A program made the position numbers and the translations under genes. The notes beneath the pieces were generated by a model. The model made no database searches and was not told where the DNA came from. It saw only the letters and a list, made by a program, of their open reading frames with translations. From Myxococcota bacterium (GTDB taxonomy: Bacteria; Myxococcota_A; Polyangia; Nannocystales; Nannocystaceae), in NCBI GenBank assembly GCA_039028615.1, contig JBCCHT010000017.1, forward strand, positions 96,001 to 160,000: a stretch of DNA of 64,000 nt, read 5' to 3'. Below are positions 47,312-57,384 of the stretch, in pieces (position 1 is the stretch's first letter; each line of letters opens with the position of its first letter).

Positions 47312-48541
47312 ATGACACGCATGATGATTCGGCCCTCCATCGCCTCCGCCCTCGTCGCCAGTATGTGGCTGACCGGGTGCGTGCTCGAGATCAAGTCCAG
47401 CGGTGAGCTCGACGACGACGGTGATACGGGCGCAGTGGACGACACCGAGTTCGAGGCGAGCACCGAGAGCACGGATGGCTCTCCGGGAGGATGCATCGGC
47501 GACTGCCCCTCGCCGGCCGAGCCCACGTGGACTCGCGTCGTAGACACCGAGACCGGCTCGGTGTTCTCCTGCGACGTCGAGATCGACCCCATCGGCCGCG
47601 TCGCGCTGGCCTGGCGCACGGGGGGCACCGACGCGTACCCCAACGGACGCACCGGGATCGACCTCATCGCCCCCGATGGCTCGCTCCTCGAGAGCACGGT
47701 GGTTGAGGGTCAGGTGTTCTCCAAGATCGCCTTCGCCAGCGACGGCACCCTGCGGGCCCGTGGCGCCTCCATCGTGGGCAGCGGCACCGATGGCCAGTGG
47801 GCCATGGCGCTGGACGACGCGCTCGATCCCACCTGGCAGATCGACTACGCCGAAGCCGGCGGTTTCGGGCAGTGCGACTTCGGGACGAGCGCGGCCCTGA
47901 TCGACGCGACCGATCACCTGGTGACCTACAACTACGCGTGCGCCGGAGTCGTCTGCCCGCAGTCCATCGTGCGCCGCCATGCCCCCGACGGGTCCGTGCT
48001 CTGGGAAACCAACGTGGGTGGCAACCCCGGGCTCCTCGACACCCCCGTCGCCGTCGGGTCGGATCAGAGCGTCTTCCATGCGGGCACGTACCTGTACGAC
48101 GACACGAGCGCCACCATCGAGCTGCGCAAGTTCTCCGCCGACGGGCAAGAGCAGTGGACCCTCTACACGGACCATGAGCTGGCCGGGCTTTGGGGTGACG
48201 CCGAGGGCGGGGTCTACATGGTGGCGTCGGACTTCAACGGCTTCGCCCAGCTGCAGCACGTCGATGCCGACGGCATCCTGCTGTCGACATCCGATCCCTT
48301 GCCGCCCGGCCTCCGCGTGTTCGCCCCCGCGGCCGATGACTCCGGCTTCTTCGTCGCCCACGAAGGCCAGCTGCAGCGCACCAATCTCGATCTGGCTCCG
48401 ATCTGGTCGGCGCCCATCGAGCCCGGCCAAGGCAGTCTCGACGCGTTCGCGGTCTCCGACGGCGAGGACACCTTCGCCCTCGCCGGCTCGAAGACGGGCG
48501 AAGGCAACAACTACTGGCTGACGATGATGGCCACGCCCTAG
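47312..48541 (+). CDS. Lipoprotein, predicted beta-propeller
   Basis: LTGC lipobox and repeated xDGxxxW motifs. Confidence 0.7.
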   Translation: MTRMMIRPSIASALVASMWLTGCVLEIKSSGELDDDGDTGAVDDTEFEASTESTDGSPGGCIGDCPSPAEPTWTRVVDTETGSVFSCDVEIDPIGRVALAWRTGGTDAYPNGRTGIDLIAPDGSLLESTVVEGQVFSKIAFASDGTLRARGASIVGSGTDGQWAMALDDALDPTWQIDYAEAGGFGQCDFGTSAALIDATDHLVTYNYACAGVVCPQSIVRRHAPDGSVLWETNVGGNPGLLDTPVAVGSDQSVFHAGTYLYDDTSATIELRKFSADGQEQWTLYTDHELAGLWGDAEGGVYMVASDFNGFAQLQHVDADGILLSTSDPLPPGLRVFAPAADDSGFFVAHEGQLQRTNLDLAPIWSAPIEPGQGSLDAFAVSDGEDTFALAGSKTGEGNNYWLTMMATP

Positions 48542-48604
48542 ACGCTATTTGAAACCCCTCGCGTGTCGCGGGTCGTTGCCGGCCTCCAGATTCGGCTCTC
48601 CCCG

Positions 48605-48715
48605 CGCATCATCACGGAGATCATCGAGCCAAAGGCGACCAAGCGTTTCCTGGCCGCGATGGATCTTCCAACCGAGATGCACGAGGTGAGCGTCGCGCGT
48701 CCGCCACGAGCGTAG
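48605..48715 (+). mobile_element. Possible remnant of an IS91-like transposase C-terminus
   Basis: Startless frame RIITEIIEPKATKRFLAAMDLPTEMHEVSVARPP* resembles the IxDPxxIxxILxHLGLPTE...ARxPP tail of IS91-family transposases. Confidence 0.35.
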
Positions 48716-48841
48716 TTCGGAACGGACCCGCGCCTCGAGGGGCAAAGCTGAGCGTGAGTCTGACGCCCTGGGTCAATCGGGGCACCTCGAATTTCCGCGC
48801 ATTGTTGAACGGAATCAGGCTCGGTGGGGACTCCTGATGCG

Positions 48842-49525
48842 ATGTCCCTCGCGACTTCACCGACCGACCGCACCGCCGCTCCCCTGGACTCTGGCACGCC
48901 AGAGCAAAATCTGGCGGGTCTGTTCGGGTATGGCGCGGAAATCGCGTGCTGCGCCGCCGCGATCGTATCGCTATGGGTTTTGTTTCCGAATGCTCGCCAC
49001 TGGATTGCCCTCCCCGTCGGGCACCTGGTCATGAGCTGCGGGCGAGCGTTCATGAACGGATCTCAAAATCAGATCCGGTGGCCCACGATCATCAACGAGT
49101 TCGGGTCGATCTTCGGTATGGCCGCGATCGCCTTTTGCGTCGGCCTCGATCTCGGTCTGCTTCCGCAGCGCCCGAGCACCCCCCTCGTTGCGGCCGCCCT
49201 CGTGTCTGTGGGGTTCGGTGCAGCGCTCACCCGGCCGGGGCTCGACTACACCAGCTTTCGTCGGCGCAGGATCATGCTGATGATCCCGGTCGCGAGCGTG
49301 ATGTGGATCCACGCCCTCGTCACGTCTCTGTCCGGAGGACCGGGGAGTTCACTCGTCGTCGCGATCGTGGCGATTCAGGTGGCGGTACTGTCGTGGTCAT
49401 TCTCGCACCGCCTTGCCAGCCGCGGGACGAGAACGGGCCCCAGCGCGTACATCCCGATCTGGCGCTACGGGGTGCTCTTTGTGGTCCTGTCCCAATGCAT
49501 CTCGGCCGCATCGCGGCTGGGTTGA
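48842..49525 (+). CDS. Hypothetical polytopic membrane protein
   Basis: About 7 hydrophobic segments. Weaker GC3 bias than its neighbours. Confidence 0.55.
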   Translation: MSLATSPTDRTAAPLDSGTPEQNLAGLFGYGAEIACCAAAIVSLWVLFPNARHWIALPVGHLVMSCGRAFMNGSQNQIRWPTIINEFGSIFGMAAIAFCVGLDLGLLPQRPSTPLVAAALVSVGFGAALTRPGLDYTSFRRRRIMLMIPVASVMWIHALVTSLSGGPGSSLVVAIVAIQVAVLSWSFSHRLASRGTRTGPSAYIPIWRYGVLFVVLSQCISAASRLG

Positions 49526-49697
49526 TTGCGAGTCACCGAGCACCGGTTCTCGACTTCGCGAACACGACCATCCGCGGGAGCTTGGCGCGTAGATCGTCCT
49601 CCCGGCCACGATATGCGATTGTTCGATGAGAGCGAACACAGAGGTCGACATCGCTTGCTAACGCTCATCGCTTCGTGGGCGTAGGTTGGCCATCGTC

Positions 49698-50636
49698 ATG
49701 ACTAGCTCGGTCGTCCCGCTGTGTTTGGGTGTCCTGCTCACCGCCTGTGCCTCGCGCCCGAGTGAGCCGTCGGCGGCCGCCCCCGCGGAGCCTGCCGTCG
49801 AGTGCCACGAGGTGGACACCAGCATCGCCCCCGAGATCCTCACCTACGAGGAGGGGGGCGTCACCATCCACAGCTTCATCGCGCCCGACCACAGCGTGCG
49901 CACGGCCACCCACATCATCGAGACCGACGATGGCCTCGTGGTCATCGACACCCAGCTCTTCCGCGGCTATGCCCAGCAGTTCCGGGCCTTCGCCGACCGC
50001 CTGGGCAAGCCCATCACCCATGTCATCGTCTCGCACGGTCACCCCGATCACTACTTCGGGCTCGAATACTTCGAGGACCGACCCACCTACGCGCTGGCCG
50101 AGACCCGCCTGGACATGAAGCAGCGGCACCGCTTCCACCTGCGGATGCATCGCGAGACCGAGGGCGAGTGCGACGCGGTGACCGACGCGGTGCGCTTCGT
50201 CGACCACGATCTGACGCCCGGACCGCAGACGATCGGTGGCGTGGACCTCGTGTTCGAGCAAGTCGTCGACGCCGAAGACAACGACCAGCTCGTGGTGCGG
50301 ATCCCCGCCGCCAAGACCTTGATCCTGCAAGACCTCATGGCCACCGACGTCCACGGGTTCACAGCTGCCGGGATGATCGACCGCTGGATCGAACGCCTAC
50401 GCCCCTACGCCGACGCCACCGAGTACACCCACGTGCTCGCCGGGCATGGCCACCCCGTGGGCAACGAAGGCATCCGCGACATGATCGCCTACCTCGAAGC
50501 CTCCCAGCAGATCTTCGACGAAGTGAGCACCCGCGAACAATTCCTCGCCGCCATGCGCGAGACCTTCCCCGACCGAGGCGGCCAGTACCTCGTGGACCTC
50601 ATGGCCACCATGAAGTTCGAAGAGCCCGAGTCCTGA
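49698..50636 (+). CDS. MBL-fold metallo-hydrolase lipoprotein
   Basis: LTAC lipobox, VVIDTQ, SHGHPDH and LAGHG. Confidence 0.88.
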   Translation: MTSSVVPLCLGVLLTACASRPSEPSAAAPAEPAVECHEVDTSIAPEILTYEEGGVTIHSFIAPDHSVRTATHIIETDDGLVVIDTQLFRGYAQQFRAFADRLGKPITHVIVSHGHPDHYFGLEYFEDRPTYALAETRLDMKQRHRFHLRMHRETEGECDAVTDAVRFVDHDLTPGPQTIGGVDLVFEQVVDAEDNDQLVVRIPAAKTLILQDLMATDVHGFTAAGMIDRWIERLRPYADATEYTHVLAGHGHPVGNEGIRDMIAYLEASQQIFDEVSTREQFLAAMRETFPDRGGQYLVDLMATMKFEEPES

Positions 50637-50771
50637 CGGGCAGCGGAATCATCTCGCGAGCACCTGGCCTCGAACGCACTGAGTCACTTGGTTCCATGGC
50701 GGATCAACGCACACGACGTAGTGCCTCGACTTTCGTGGCCGACGACCGACACGTAGCGTAGACTGGAGTTC

Positions 50772-51014
50772 GTGACCGCCGTCGCCGAGAAGATCCTCAG
50801 GGGAGCGCTCGCGCTTCCGGGCAACGAGCGGCGCCGCATCGCCGAGCTGTTGTTCGACAGCATCTCCGAAGACTCCGTCGACGAACTCGAGTCGGCGTGG
50901 GTCGCCGAGGCCGTACGTCGCGCCGACGAGCTGGAACGTGGCGAAGCAGAAGCCCTCGACGGCGAATCCGTGCTGAACGATCTCAAGGCCCGGTTTCAAA
51001 GCACCGACCGGTGA
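50772..51014 (+). CDS. Addiction-module antitoxin (TIGR02574-like)
   Basis: ALALPGNERRRIAELLFDSI...AWVAEAVRR. GTGA-coupled to the toxin. Confidence 0.8.
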   Translation: MTAVAEKILRGALALPGNERRRIAELLFDSISEDSVDELESAWVAEAVRRADELERGEAEALDGESVLNDLKARFQSTDR

Positions 51015-51328
51015 AGCGCTACGCGATTCGCAAGGAGGCGGCGCTCGAGCTCGCCGAGGCGGCCGCGTGGTACGAGCACGAAGCCGCAGAGGGCCTCGGC
51101 GCGGCACTGCTCGCCGAGTTCGAAGCCAGACTCGAAACGGCCCTGAAGCTTCCGGGCGCGGGGACCATCGTCGCGACCACGACGGCCGGAACCCCCGTGC
51201 GTCGCTATCGGCTCCAACGTTTCAAACGCTACGCGATCTTGATGGCGGAGATCCGCGGTATGCCGACCGTGCTCGCGTTCGCCTGCTCCAGTCGCAGACC
51301 TGGCTACTGGCACGAGCGACTCGGCTGA
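51011..51328 (+). CDS. RelE/ParE-family type II toxin
   Basis: EAALELAEAAAWYE...GLG..L..F, RRYRLQRF.YAI and RRPGYW. Confidence 0.85.
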   Translation: MKRYAIRKEAALELAEAAAWYEHEAAEGLGAALLAEFEARLETALKLPGAGTIVATTTAGTPVRRYRLQRFKRYAILMAEIRGMPTVLAFACSSRRPGYWHERLG

Positions 51329-51375
51329 GGCAGCGTGCTGGCAGGCCAACGGGCCATCCGCTACACCGTAGGGAC

Positions 51376-53319
51376 GTGCTCTCGCTTGCCCCGTACTCGC
51401 GGAACCGTCTGTTGACCTGTGGCCTGCTCGTGGCCATTGCCGGGTGTGGGCCCAAACGGGCCGAAGATGGCACGCAGGCCCCAAACCCGACGGAGCCGGC
51501 TCCGGCGGAGGACCGGGTCGAGAGCCCGGCGCAGATGCTGCCGAGCGACACGATGGCGATGGTGTGGATGGAGCAGCCGAGGCTGCTGCTGGAGGGGCTG
51601 GTGGCCGGGGGAGCGCTGGACTCGGGGCTGATTCCCATCGACGAGCTGCGCAGCGGGCTGGTGGAAGCGTGGGGGCAGGACGTGTCCCGCACCGAGGTGT
51701 GGAAGGAAAACGGGTTCGATGTGGACGCACCCGTGGCCATCTCGATGGGCCCCTTCCCCACGGCCCCCACGACGATGTTCGTCAGCCTCGAGGACCGACA
51801 GCGAGCACTCGAGTTCGTTCGCCGAAGCTCGGACCGGGCCGGCAACCGACGCATCGCGGGCGAGCGCGACGGGGTGCTCGTCTGGGAATTCGAGATCGAG
51901 CCGCGGATCATCATGGTGGTCCGCGGCAACGTGATGGCGCTGGTCTCGGGCATGACGGCCGACAACCCGCACATCGACGTCCTGGCCAGGACGGCTCCCG
52001 AACAATCGCTGGCGACCCAGGAGGTCTACACCGACGCGATGACGGCACTGAAGCCGGCCGAGCTCAATGCGTTCATCAACCCCCAGTCGCTCGTCGAGGC
52101 GCTCGCTCCCGCCATCACGGCGTCGTTCGAGCGACCGTCCGCGGCCGAGCTGGTCACGCTGATGCTCACCCAGGGGATCGGCGGCATCGGGATCGGGGCG
52201 TCGTTGATGGGCTCGGAGCAGCGGCTCGAGGTTCGGCTCAGCGCGGACGAGACGTCGACGATTCGCCGGCTGCTGACCCCTCGCACCGAGCCGATCCAAG
52301 TCATCAGGACCGCGGATGGACCGATGCTCTACTGCATGGCCAGCCAGTTCGACCCGGACGTGGCGGCGCGAGTGCTGCCCGTGCTGGTGGCCGAGTGGAG
52401 CGAGTTCGGCGAGGAGCTCGACGCCGACCAGCGGGCGGTGCTGGGCGAGTCCATGGCCGGCGGCTGGGAGTTGTGCGTGACCCAGGCGGGGGAGTTCGTG
52501 CCCGAACGAGGGCTCATGGCCGTGCAGCGAAGCATCGACACCACGGTCGCGGTGTCCACGGTCGACGACGCGGCCGCGAAAGAACTGCTCGGTCTGATCT
52601 CGCAGTTCGACGATACGTCGGAAGGGCCCGACGGGCGCATCGCGATCGAAGGCGAGGACACCTCGCGCCCGCTGCTCGCCGACGCGGTGGGCTCTCGGCT
52701 CGTGATCAGCACCAACCCCGCCATGGCCGCTCGCATTGCGAAGGGCACCGCGGGGTCGGTGCTCGACACGCTGAGCGATGGCCCGGTCGCGAAGCTGCTC
52801 ACGACCCCCGACGGAACGACGAGCGCAGGCTATGGCATGGGCGCAGGCATGCGCTGGGTCGGCGCCACGATGCGAGCGAGCCGCACCGATCCGATGATCG
52901 AGCTGCTGGCCGACCCCGAGGTCCCGCACTCCGAAAAGAGCACGCAAAGGCGGGCCGAGCTCGAGGCCGCCCACGCCGAGTTCATGAAGGTCCACCCGCT
53001 ACGGGGTGAGAACATCGTCGAACGGATGGTGCCCATCGGAGATGCAGTGGGTCCGGTGGGCTTTTCACTGCACGAAGACGACACCGGCCTCACGCTCCGG
53101 GCGGTGCCGTCCATGGGCCCGCGCGGCCTCATCAGCGTGATCGAGGCGATGCGAGGGGCCGCCCCCGGGATGGCGGCCGCGGTCGATCCCGAGATCGAGG
53201 CGAAGGTCGCCCCCGCCGAAGCGCGCTTCCTGGAAGCCCGCGACGCCTACATCCAGATCCGCATCGGCGACCACATCAACGCCATGCCCATGCCGGCGGC
53301 GCTGGGCGAAGAGCCCTAG
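51376..53319 (+). CDS. Large lipoprotein (DUF3352-like)
   Basis: IAGC lipobox, QMLPSDT, GFDVDAPVAI and SLATQEVY. Start uncertain. Confidence 0.6.
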   Translation: MLSLAPYSRNRLLTCGLLVAIAGCGPKRAEDGTQAPNPTEPAPAEDRVESPAQMLPSDTMAMVWMEQPRLLLEGLVAGGALDSGLIPIDELRSGLVEAWGQDVSRTEVWKENGFDVDAPVAISMGPFPTAPTTMFVSLEDRQRALEFVRRSSDRAGNRRIAGERDGVLVWEFEIEPRIIMVVRGNVMALVSGMTADNPHIDVLARTAPEQSLATQEVYTDAMTALKPAELNAFINPQSLVEALAPAITASFERPSAAELVTLMLTQGIGGIGIGASLMGSEQRLEVRLSADETSTIRRLLTPRTEPIQVIRTADGPMLYCMASQFDPDVAARVLPVLVAEWSEFGEELDADQRAVLGESMAGGWELCVTQAGEFVPERGLMAVQRSIDTTVAVSTVDDAAAKELLGLISQFDDTSEGPDGRIAIEGEDTSRPLLADAVGSRLVISTNPAMAARIAKGTAGSVLDTLSDGPVAKLLTTPDGTTSAGYGMGAGMRWVGATMRASRTDPMIELLADPEVPHSEKSTQRRAELEAAHAEFMKVHPLRGENIVERMVPIGDAVGPVGFSLHEDDTGLTLRAVPSMGPRGLISVIEAMRGAAPGMAAAVDPEIEAKVAPAEARFLEARDAYIQIRIGDHINAMPMPAALGEEP

Positions 53320-53329
53320 ACGCCCGGCC

Positions 53330-53896
53330 TCACTTCAGCCAAGGTCGAATGTCGACGACCTCCATGCCGGCCGCCCGCGCGGAGTCGAGGCCGGGCTCGC
53401 CGTCCTCGTAGGCACGGCAGTGGGTCGGGTCGACGCCCAGGCGCCGGGCCGCTTCGAGGAAAGTGTCGGGCGCGGGCTTGGGCCGCTGCACGTCGTCGGT
53501 CGCCACGATGGCCTCGAACCAATCGCGAATCCCGATCGCCCCGAGGGTCGCCTCGGCCAGCCGTCGCACGTTGCCGGTCGCCACCGCCATGGGCCCCTGG
53601 CCACGGAACTGACGGGCGACGTCGACGACGGGCTCGATCGGGCGCACGTGGTCGACATGCCGAAGGAATTGCTCGTCCTTGTCGACGGCGATGGCCGCCG
53701 CGTCGATGGTGCGCCCCTGCTCCCGGGCGAGCATCTCGATGATCTGCCGCGTCGACATACCGGCGCAGGCGTAGAAGCGGTCCTCGGAGAACACCAGGCC
53801 ATGCGGGCGCAGGGCGTCGGTCCACGCGACGAAGTGGGCCGGCATGCTGTCCGCCAGAGTGCCGTCGCAATCGAAGACCAGGGCGCGGGGGCTCAT
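53330..53896 (-). CDS. HAD-family phosphatase (YqaB/beta-PGM-like)
   Basis: FDCDGTLADS, VATG, KPAPDTF and YEDG. Confidence 0.9.
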   Translation of the reverse strand: MSPRALVFDCDGTLADSMPAHFVAWTDALRPHGLVFSEDRFYACAGMSTRQIIEMLAREQGRTIDAAAIAVDKDEQFLRHVDHVRPIEPVVDVARQFRGQGPMAVATGNVRRLAEATLGAIGIRDWFEAIVATDDVQRPKPAPDTFLEAARRLGVDPTHCRAYEDGEPGLDSARAAGMEVVDIRPWLK

Positions 53897-53996
53897 CGAG
53901 CTTGGGGTACCGCAACGAAGAGGGGCTCGGCAACGGCTCGCTGAGAGTCCGTCGTCGAGCCCCGACAGGTCGAGCCCGGTGCCGCGTGAGCGCGGC

Positions 53997-54911
53997 TCAC
54001 TGCGTCGGCATGAACACGTCCGCCCCGGAGCTCCCGGAGGTCGGCAGCAACGGGCTGGGCGGGCTCGGCTCGCGGTTGCGCATGAACACGCCGGGCGCAG
54101 CCTCGGCGTCGTTCGCAGGCAGGAGCACAGCGGGCGCCGGAGCGCTGGGCTCGGCGGCGACTCGCTCGGTCAGGAACACGGCGGGCGGGACCCGGGCTCG
54201 CTTGGCCGGCATGAACACCGCGGGAGCGGAGGCCCGCGTGGGCATGAACTCCGCCGACGAGACCGGCTCGGGCTCGGGCTGCGTGGGCACGGGGTCGATG
54301 GTCGCCATGGGCGGCAGCGGGGGCGGCACCTTCGTCCAGGTCTTGGACATGAACACGTCCTGGGGCCTGCCGTCGCGCGAGGGCATGAACGGGTTCGCGC
54401 CCGTGGCGGCCGGCTCGGCCAAGAAGACGTCCGAGCTCACGGGGAAGGTGGTCATGAACACGTCCCCCTTGGCGCGCGGCGGGCTCGGCAGCAAGGGGCT
54501 CGCCTCGGCCGTGGTCTGCGAGCCGAGGAACACGGCCGCACCCGAGGTCGACAGGAGCATGCCGTCACCCGGAGTGCTCGCGAGCAACGCGGGCTCGGAG
54601 GACAGCAGGTCGGTGGTCATGGTGATGTGGGAGCCCGACCCGAGACGCACGGTGGCGCGCCACGGGTGGTAGCCCGGTGCCGTCACCTCGATGCGATGCT
54701 CACCCGCGGGCACCTCGACCTCGACCGGCGCCCCTTCGTAGGTGGCTCCATCGATGTCGACCTGCGCCTCGAGGATGGTGCGAACTTCGAGTGTCGCTGC
54801 CGCGGGCTCGTCGTCGACGTGGGTGGGCGCGGCATGAACCACCGCGAGCGGCAGCATCAACCCGAGCCCTGCGAGGGCCAGCGGCCATCGTGCGGAGCAA
54901 ACCGAGTCCAT
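53997..54911 (-). CDS. Secreted PEGA-domain protein with a Pro-rich tail bearing repeated VF(M/L) motifs
   Basis: Signal peptide. AQVDIDG...VPAGEHRIEVTAPGY PEGA signature. Confidence 0.8.
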   Translation of the reverse strand: MDSVCSARWPLALAGLGLMLPLAVVHAAPTHVDDEPAAATLEVRTILEAQVDIDGATYEGAPVEVEVPAGEHRIEVTAPGYHPWRATVRLGSGSHITMTTDLLSSEPALLASTPGDGMLLSTSGAAVFLGSQTTAEASPLLPSPPRAKGDVFMTTFPVSSDVFLAEPAATGANPFMPSRDGRPQDVFMSKTWTKVPPPLPPMATIDPVPTQPEPEPVSSAEFMPTRASAPAVFMPAKRARVPPAVFLTERVAAEPSAPAPAVLLPANDAEAAPGVFMRNREPSPPSPLLPTSGSSGADVFMPTQ

Positions 54912-55182
54912 GCGTGAAGCCCGATCGTGGCGTCCCATCGATGGCAAGTTTGGACCAGATTGAGCGATCAGCTACCGAATCCTGCGTCGCGGGGCGTTGT
55001 AGGCCGCGGAGATCGGGGCGTGAACGACGACGCTTCGAATGACACGCAAAAGGCGCGGCGGCGTATTGAATCCCGAGATCGAGATCGCGCAGCAACCGCA
55101 TCAAAACAACGTTCTTCAACAGGTAAAAGCGCAGGGTCGAGCTGCGGCCGTGCAGGTCAATTCATTGACGAAAACGCGGGCG

Positions 55183-55782
55183 TCAATCGAAGCACGATTG
55201 CCGGGGCGTGACCGCGAAGCCCAAGCCCGCGGCGATGCCCGTCACGCACTCGGACGTGGTGGTCGAGATGGTGATCTCGCCACCGTTGAACTCACCGCTG
55301 CTGCCTCCGCCGTTGCCCTCCCCGTCGCCGAGGTACTCCGCCCCCCACTGCGTGACGTCGGTGCCGACTTCGTAGGTGCCCATCTCGAACAACCCTTCGA
55401 AGATGTAGACGCTCTGCGTAGCGAAGGTCTCCCCGTTGAGCGAGCCGACATCTTGGAACAGCACGTTGCAGTCGTAGTGGGGATGGGTGGCGAGCACGAG
55501 GACACCGTCGGCCGGGTCGGGCATGATGCCGAGGCGCTCGCCGATCTCGGGGATGCCGAACTCGAACGCGGTGGTGAAGTGCCCGTACCAGGTCGAGCGA
55601 CCACGGTCGGCGGGCAGACCGACGGACTCGCACGACAGCGGGACCTCGGGCTCCGTCAGGGCTTCGTCTTCGTCCGTGGCTTGGGTGTCGCTGCAGCCGC
55701 TGAGCATCGCGACGGCCATGCACACGCACGATCCGATCAACTCCAGTCGCCGCCTCCGCCCCACGTGCGTCGATTCCATCAC
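55183..55782 (-). CDS. Hypothetical lipoprotein
   Basis: LSGC lipobox and GC3 bias. Confidence 0.65.
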   Translation of the reverse strand: MMESTHVGRRRRLELIGSCVCMAVAMLSGCSDTQATDEDEALTEPEVPLSCESVGLPADRGRSTWYGHFTTAFEFGIPEIGERLGIMPDPADGVLVLATHPHYDCNVLFQDVGSLNGETFATQSVYIFEGLFEMGTYEVGTDVTQWGAEYLGDGEGNGGGSSGEFNGGEITISTTTSECVTGIAAGLGFAVTPRQSCFD

Positions 55783-55971
55783 CCATGATCATGGACCGCG
55801 CGAGCAAAAAGAGCACCCCATCGATCACCGTGAAACGAGCCCGGCTCGTTCTGGTACCGAACGCTGGTTCATCGTCGGATTCGAGCGACACCCCTCCGGG
55901 GTTCGTCGGCCCCATCGCGCGGCCGCAGTTGTTGTCGCAGCCGCCCCGCGCCCGGTGATATCCTGCCTCCA

Positions 55972-57138
55972 ATGCGTTGGCTTGCGTGGATCGGAGGACT
56001 GGGGATCGGGGCACTGGCGGGCTGGGCCTGCAACGGGGGCGCGAGCGATTGCAGCATCGGGAGCCAGGGCTGCATGTGCACCGCGGGAGGGGCCTGCGAC
56101 ATCAACCTCACCTGCGTCAACGGGACCTGCGTGATGATCGACTGCCCCGTGGGTGCGCTGAACTGTGCCTGCACGGGCGGAGGCTCGTGCGACCCCGGCC
56201 TGACCTGCGAAGACGACATCTGTATCGACGGTGACGGCACGGGCCCGGGCAACGTCTCGACCACGGGCAACGACGACGACGACTCGCTCGACGACGGCAC
56301 GGGGCCCGAGTCCGACTTCCTTCTGCCCTGCAATCAGCTCGGCTGCACCCAGGTCGACATGCTCTTCGCCCTCGACTCCTCGCTGTCCATGAGCGAGGAG
56401 ATCGGCGCGCTCAGTGCCTCGCAGGCCTTCACCTCGATCGTGTCCAACCTCGAGGGCCTCAACTGCGGCGTCGAGTATCGGATCGGCCTGACCAACGACA
56501 ACGACGGCGGCTTCATCGGCTTCGGGGCCAACGGCAACCCATGGTTCGACTCGATGGAGATGACGCCCGAGGAAATCTCGTCCGCGTTCTCCACCGCGGC
56601 CGGCACGGTGCTGGGCAACGGCGGGACCTCGGCCGGCTGTGAGCACGTGCTGAGCTCTTCGCTGTCGACCTTGGCCTTGGACACCACCGGCTTCTTGCGC
56701 AGCGACGCCCTGCTGGTGCTGGTGATGGTCACCGACGTGGACGACTACGGAGCGTACGACCAGGCGAACTCGGGTGGGCCCTGTGCCGGGTTCCTGTGCA
56801 CCGAGTCGCCGCAGCCCGTGTCCACCATCTACGACCAGCTGGTCACGCTCAAGGGAGGCACGCCCGAGGCCTTGGCCACCATCGTGGTCGCGGGCGACCC
56901 CACGATCATGGAAGGGCTCAACACCTGTCAGCAGCCGGCCACGTGCTGCGGCGGCGGGCTCGAGTGCGCCCAGGCGCATCACGCCCCGCGGCTATGGGAG
57001 TTCGCCCAGATGCAGGCGGGCACCAATGGGTTCACGGGCAACATCTGCGACGGGGCGAACCAGGTGCCGCTGCTCATCCAAGACGCGCTGGGCAACAACA
57101 TCGACCTCGCGTGCCAGAGCTTCGAGCCCGAGGGCTGA
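55972..57138 (+). CDS. Lipoprotein with Cys-rich repeats and a vWA-like domain
   Basis: GWAC lipobox, two CxxGxxxCxCxxxGxC repeats, FALDSSLSM and MVTDVDD. Confidence 0.8.
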   Translation: MRWLAWIGGLGIGALAGWACNGGASDCSIGSQGCMCTAGGACDINLTCVNGTCVMIDCPVGALNCACTGGGSCDPGLTCEDDICIDGDGTGPGNVSTTGNDDDDSLDDGTGPESDFLLPCNQLGCTQVDMLFALDSSLSMSEEIGALSASQAFTSIVSNLEGLNCGVEYRIGLTNDNDGGFIGFGANGNPWFDSMEMTPEEISSAFSTAAGTVLGNGGTSAGCEHVLSSSLSTLALDTTGFLRSDALLVLVMVTDVDDYGAYDQANSGGPCAGFLCTESPQPVSTIYDQLVTLKGGTPEALATIVVAGDPTIMEGLNTCQQPATCCGGGLECAQAHHAPRLWEFAQMQAGTNGFTGNICDGANQVPLLIQDALGNNIDLACQSFEPEG

Positions 57139-57384
57139 CCCCGCGTCGATAGAGACGACGTCAATCCGTTGAGGGCCACGAGCCCCATCGGGTCGTGCTC
57201 GACCCCAATCCGTGCGTCACGAAACGCGTCGGCATACCTCGCAAACCCGACGATCCATTCGAAGGGCGCACGGTGGTCGTAACGATTCGCCCTCCGCAAT
57301 GTGAGCACAGGCCGATCGCCAACGGCCGATCGCACGCCGTTTCGCCTGGGATCCTGTGGTTCAATGTGAGGCGGAAGGGGATGG

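Noticed and set aside
53902..54672. Plus-strand ORF with repeated MNT motifs, and the CATGAAC repeats as a mini-CRISPR
   Set aside because: Repeats are only 7-10 bp with spacing in multiples of three. The minus strand has the signal peptide and PEGA domain.
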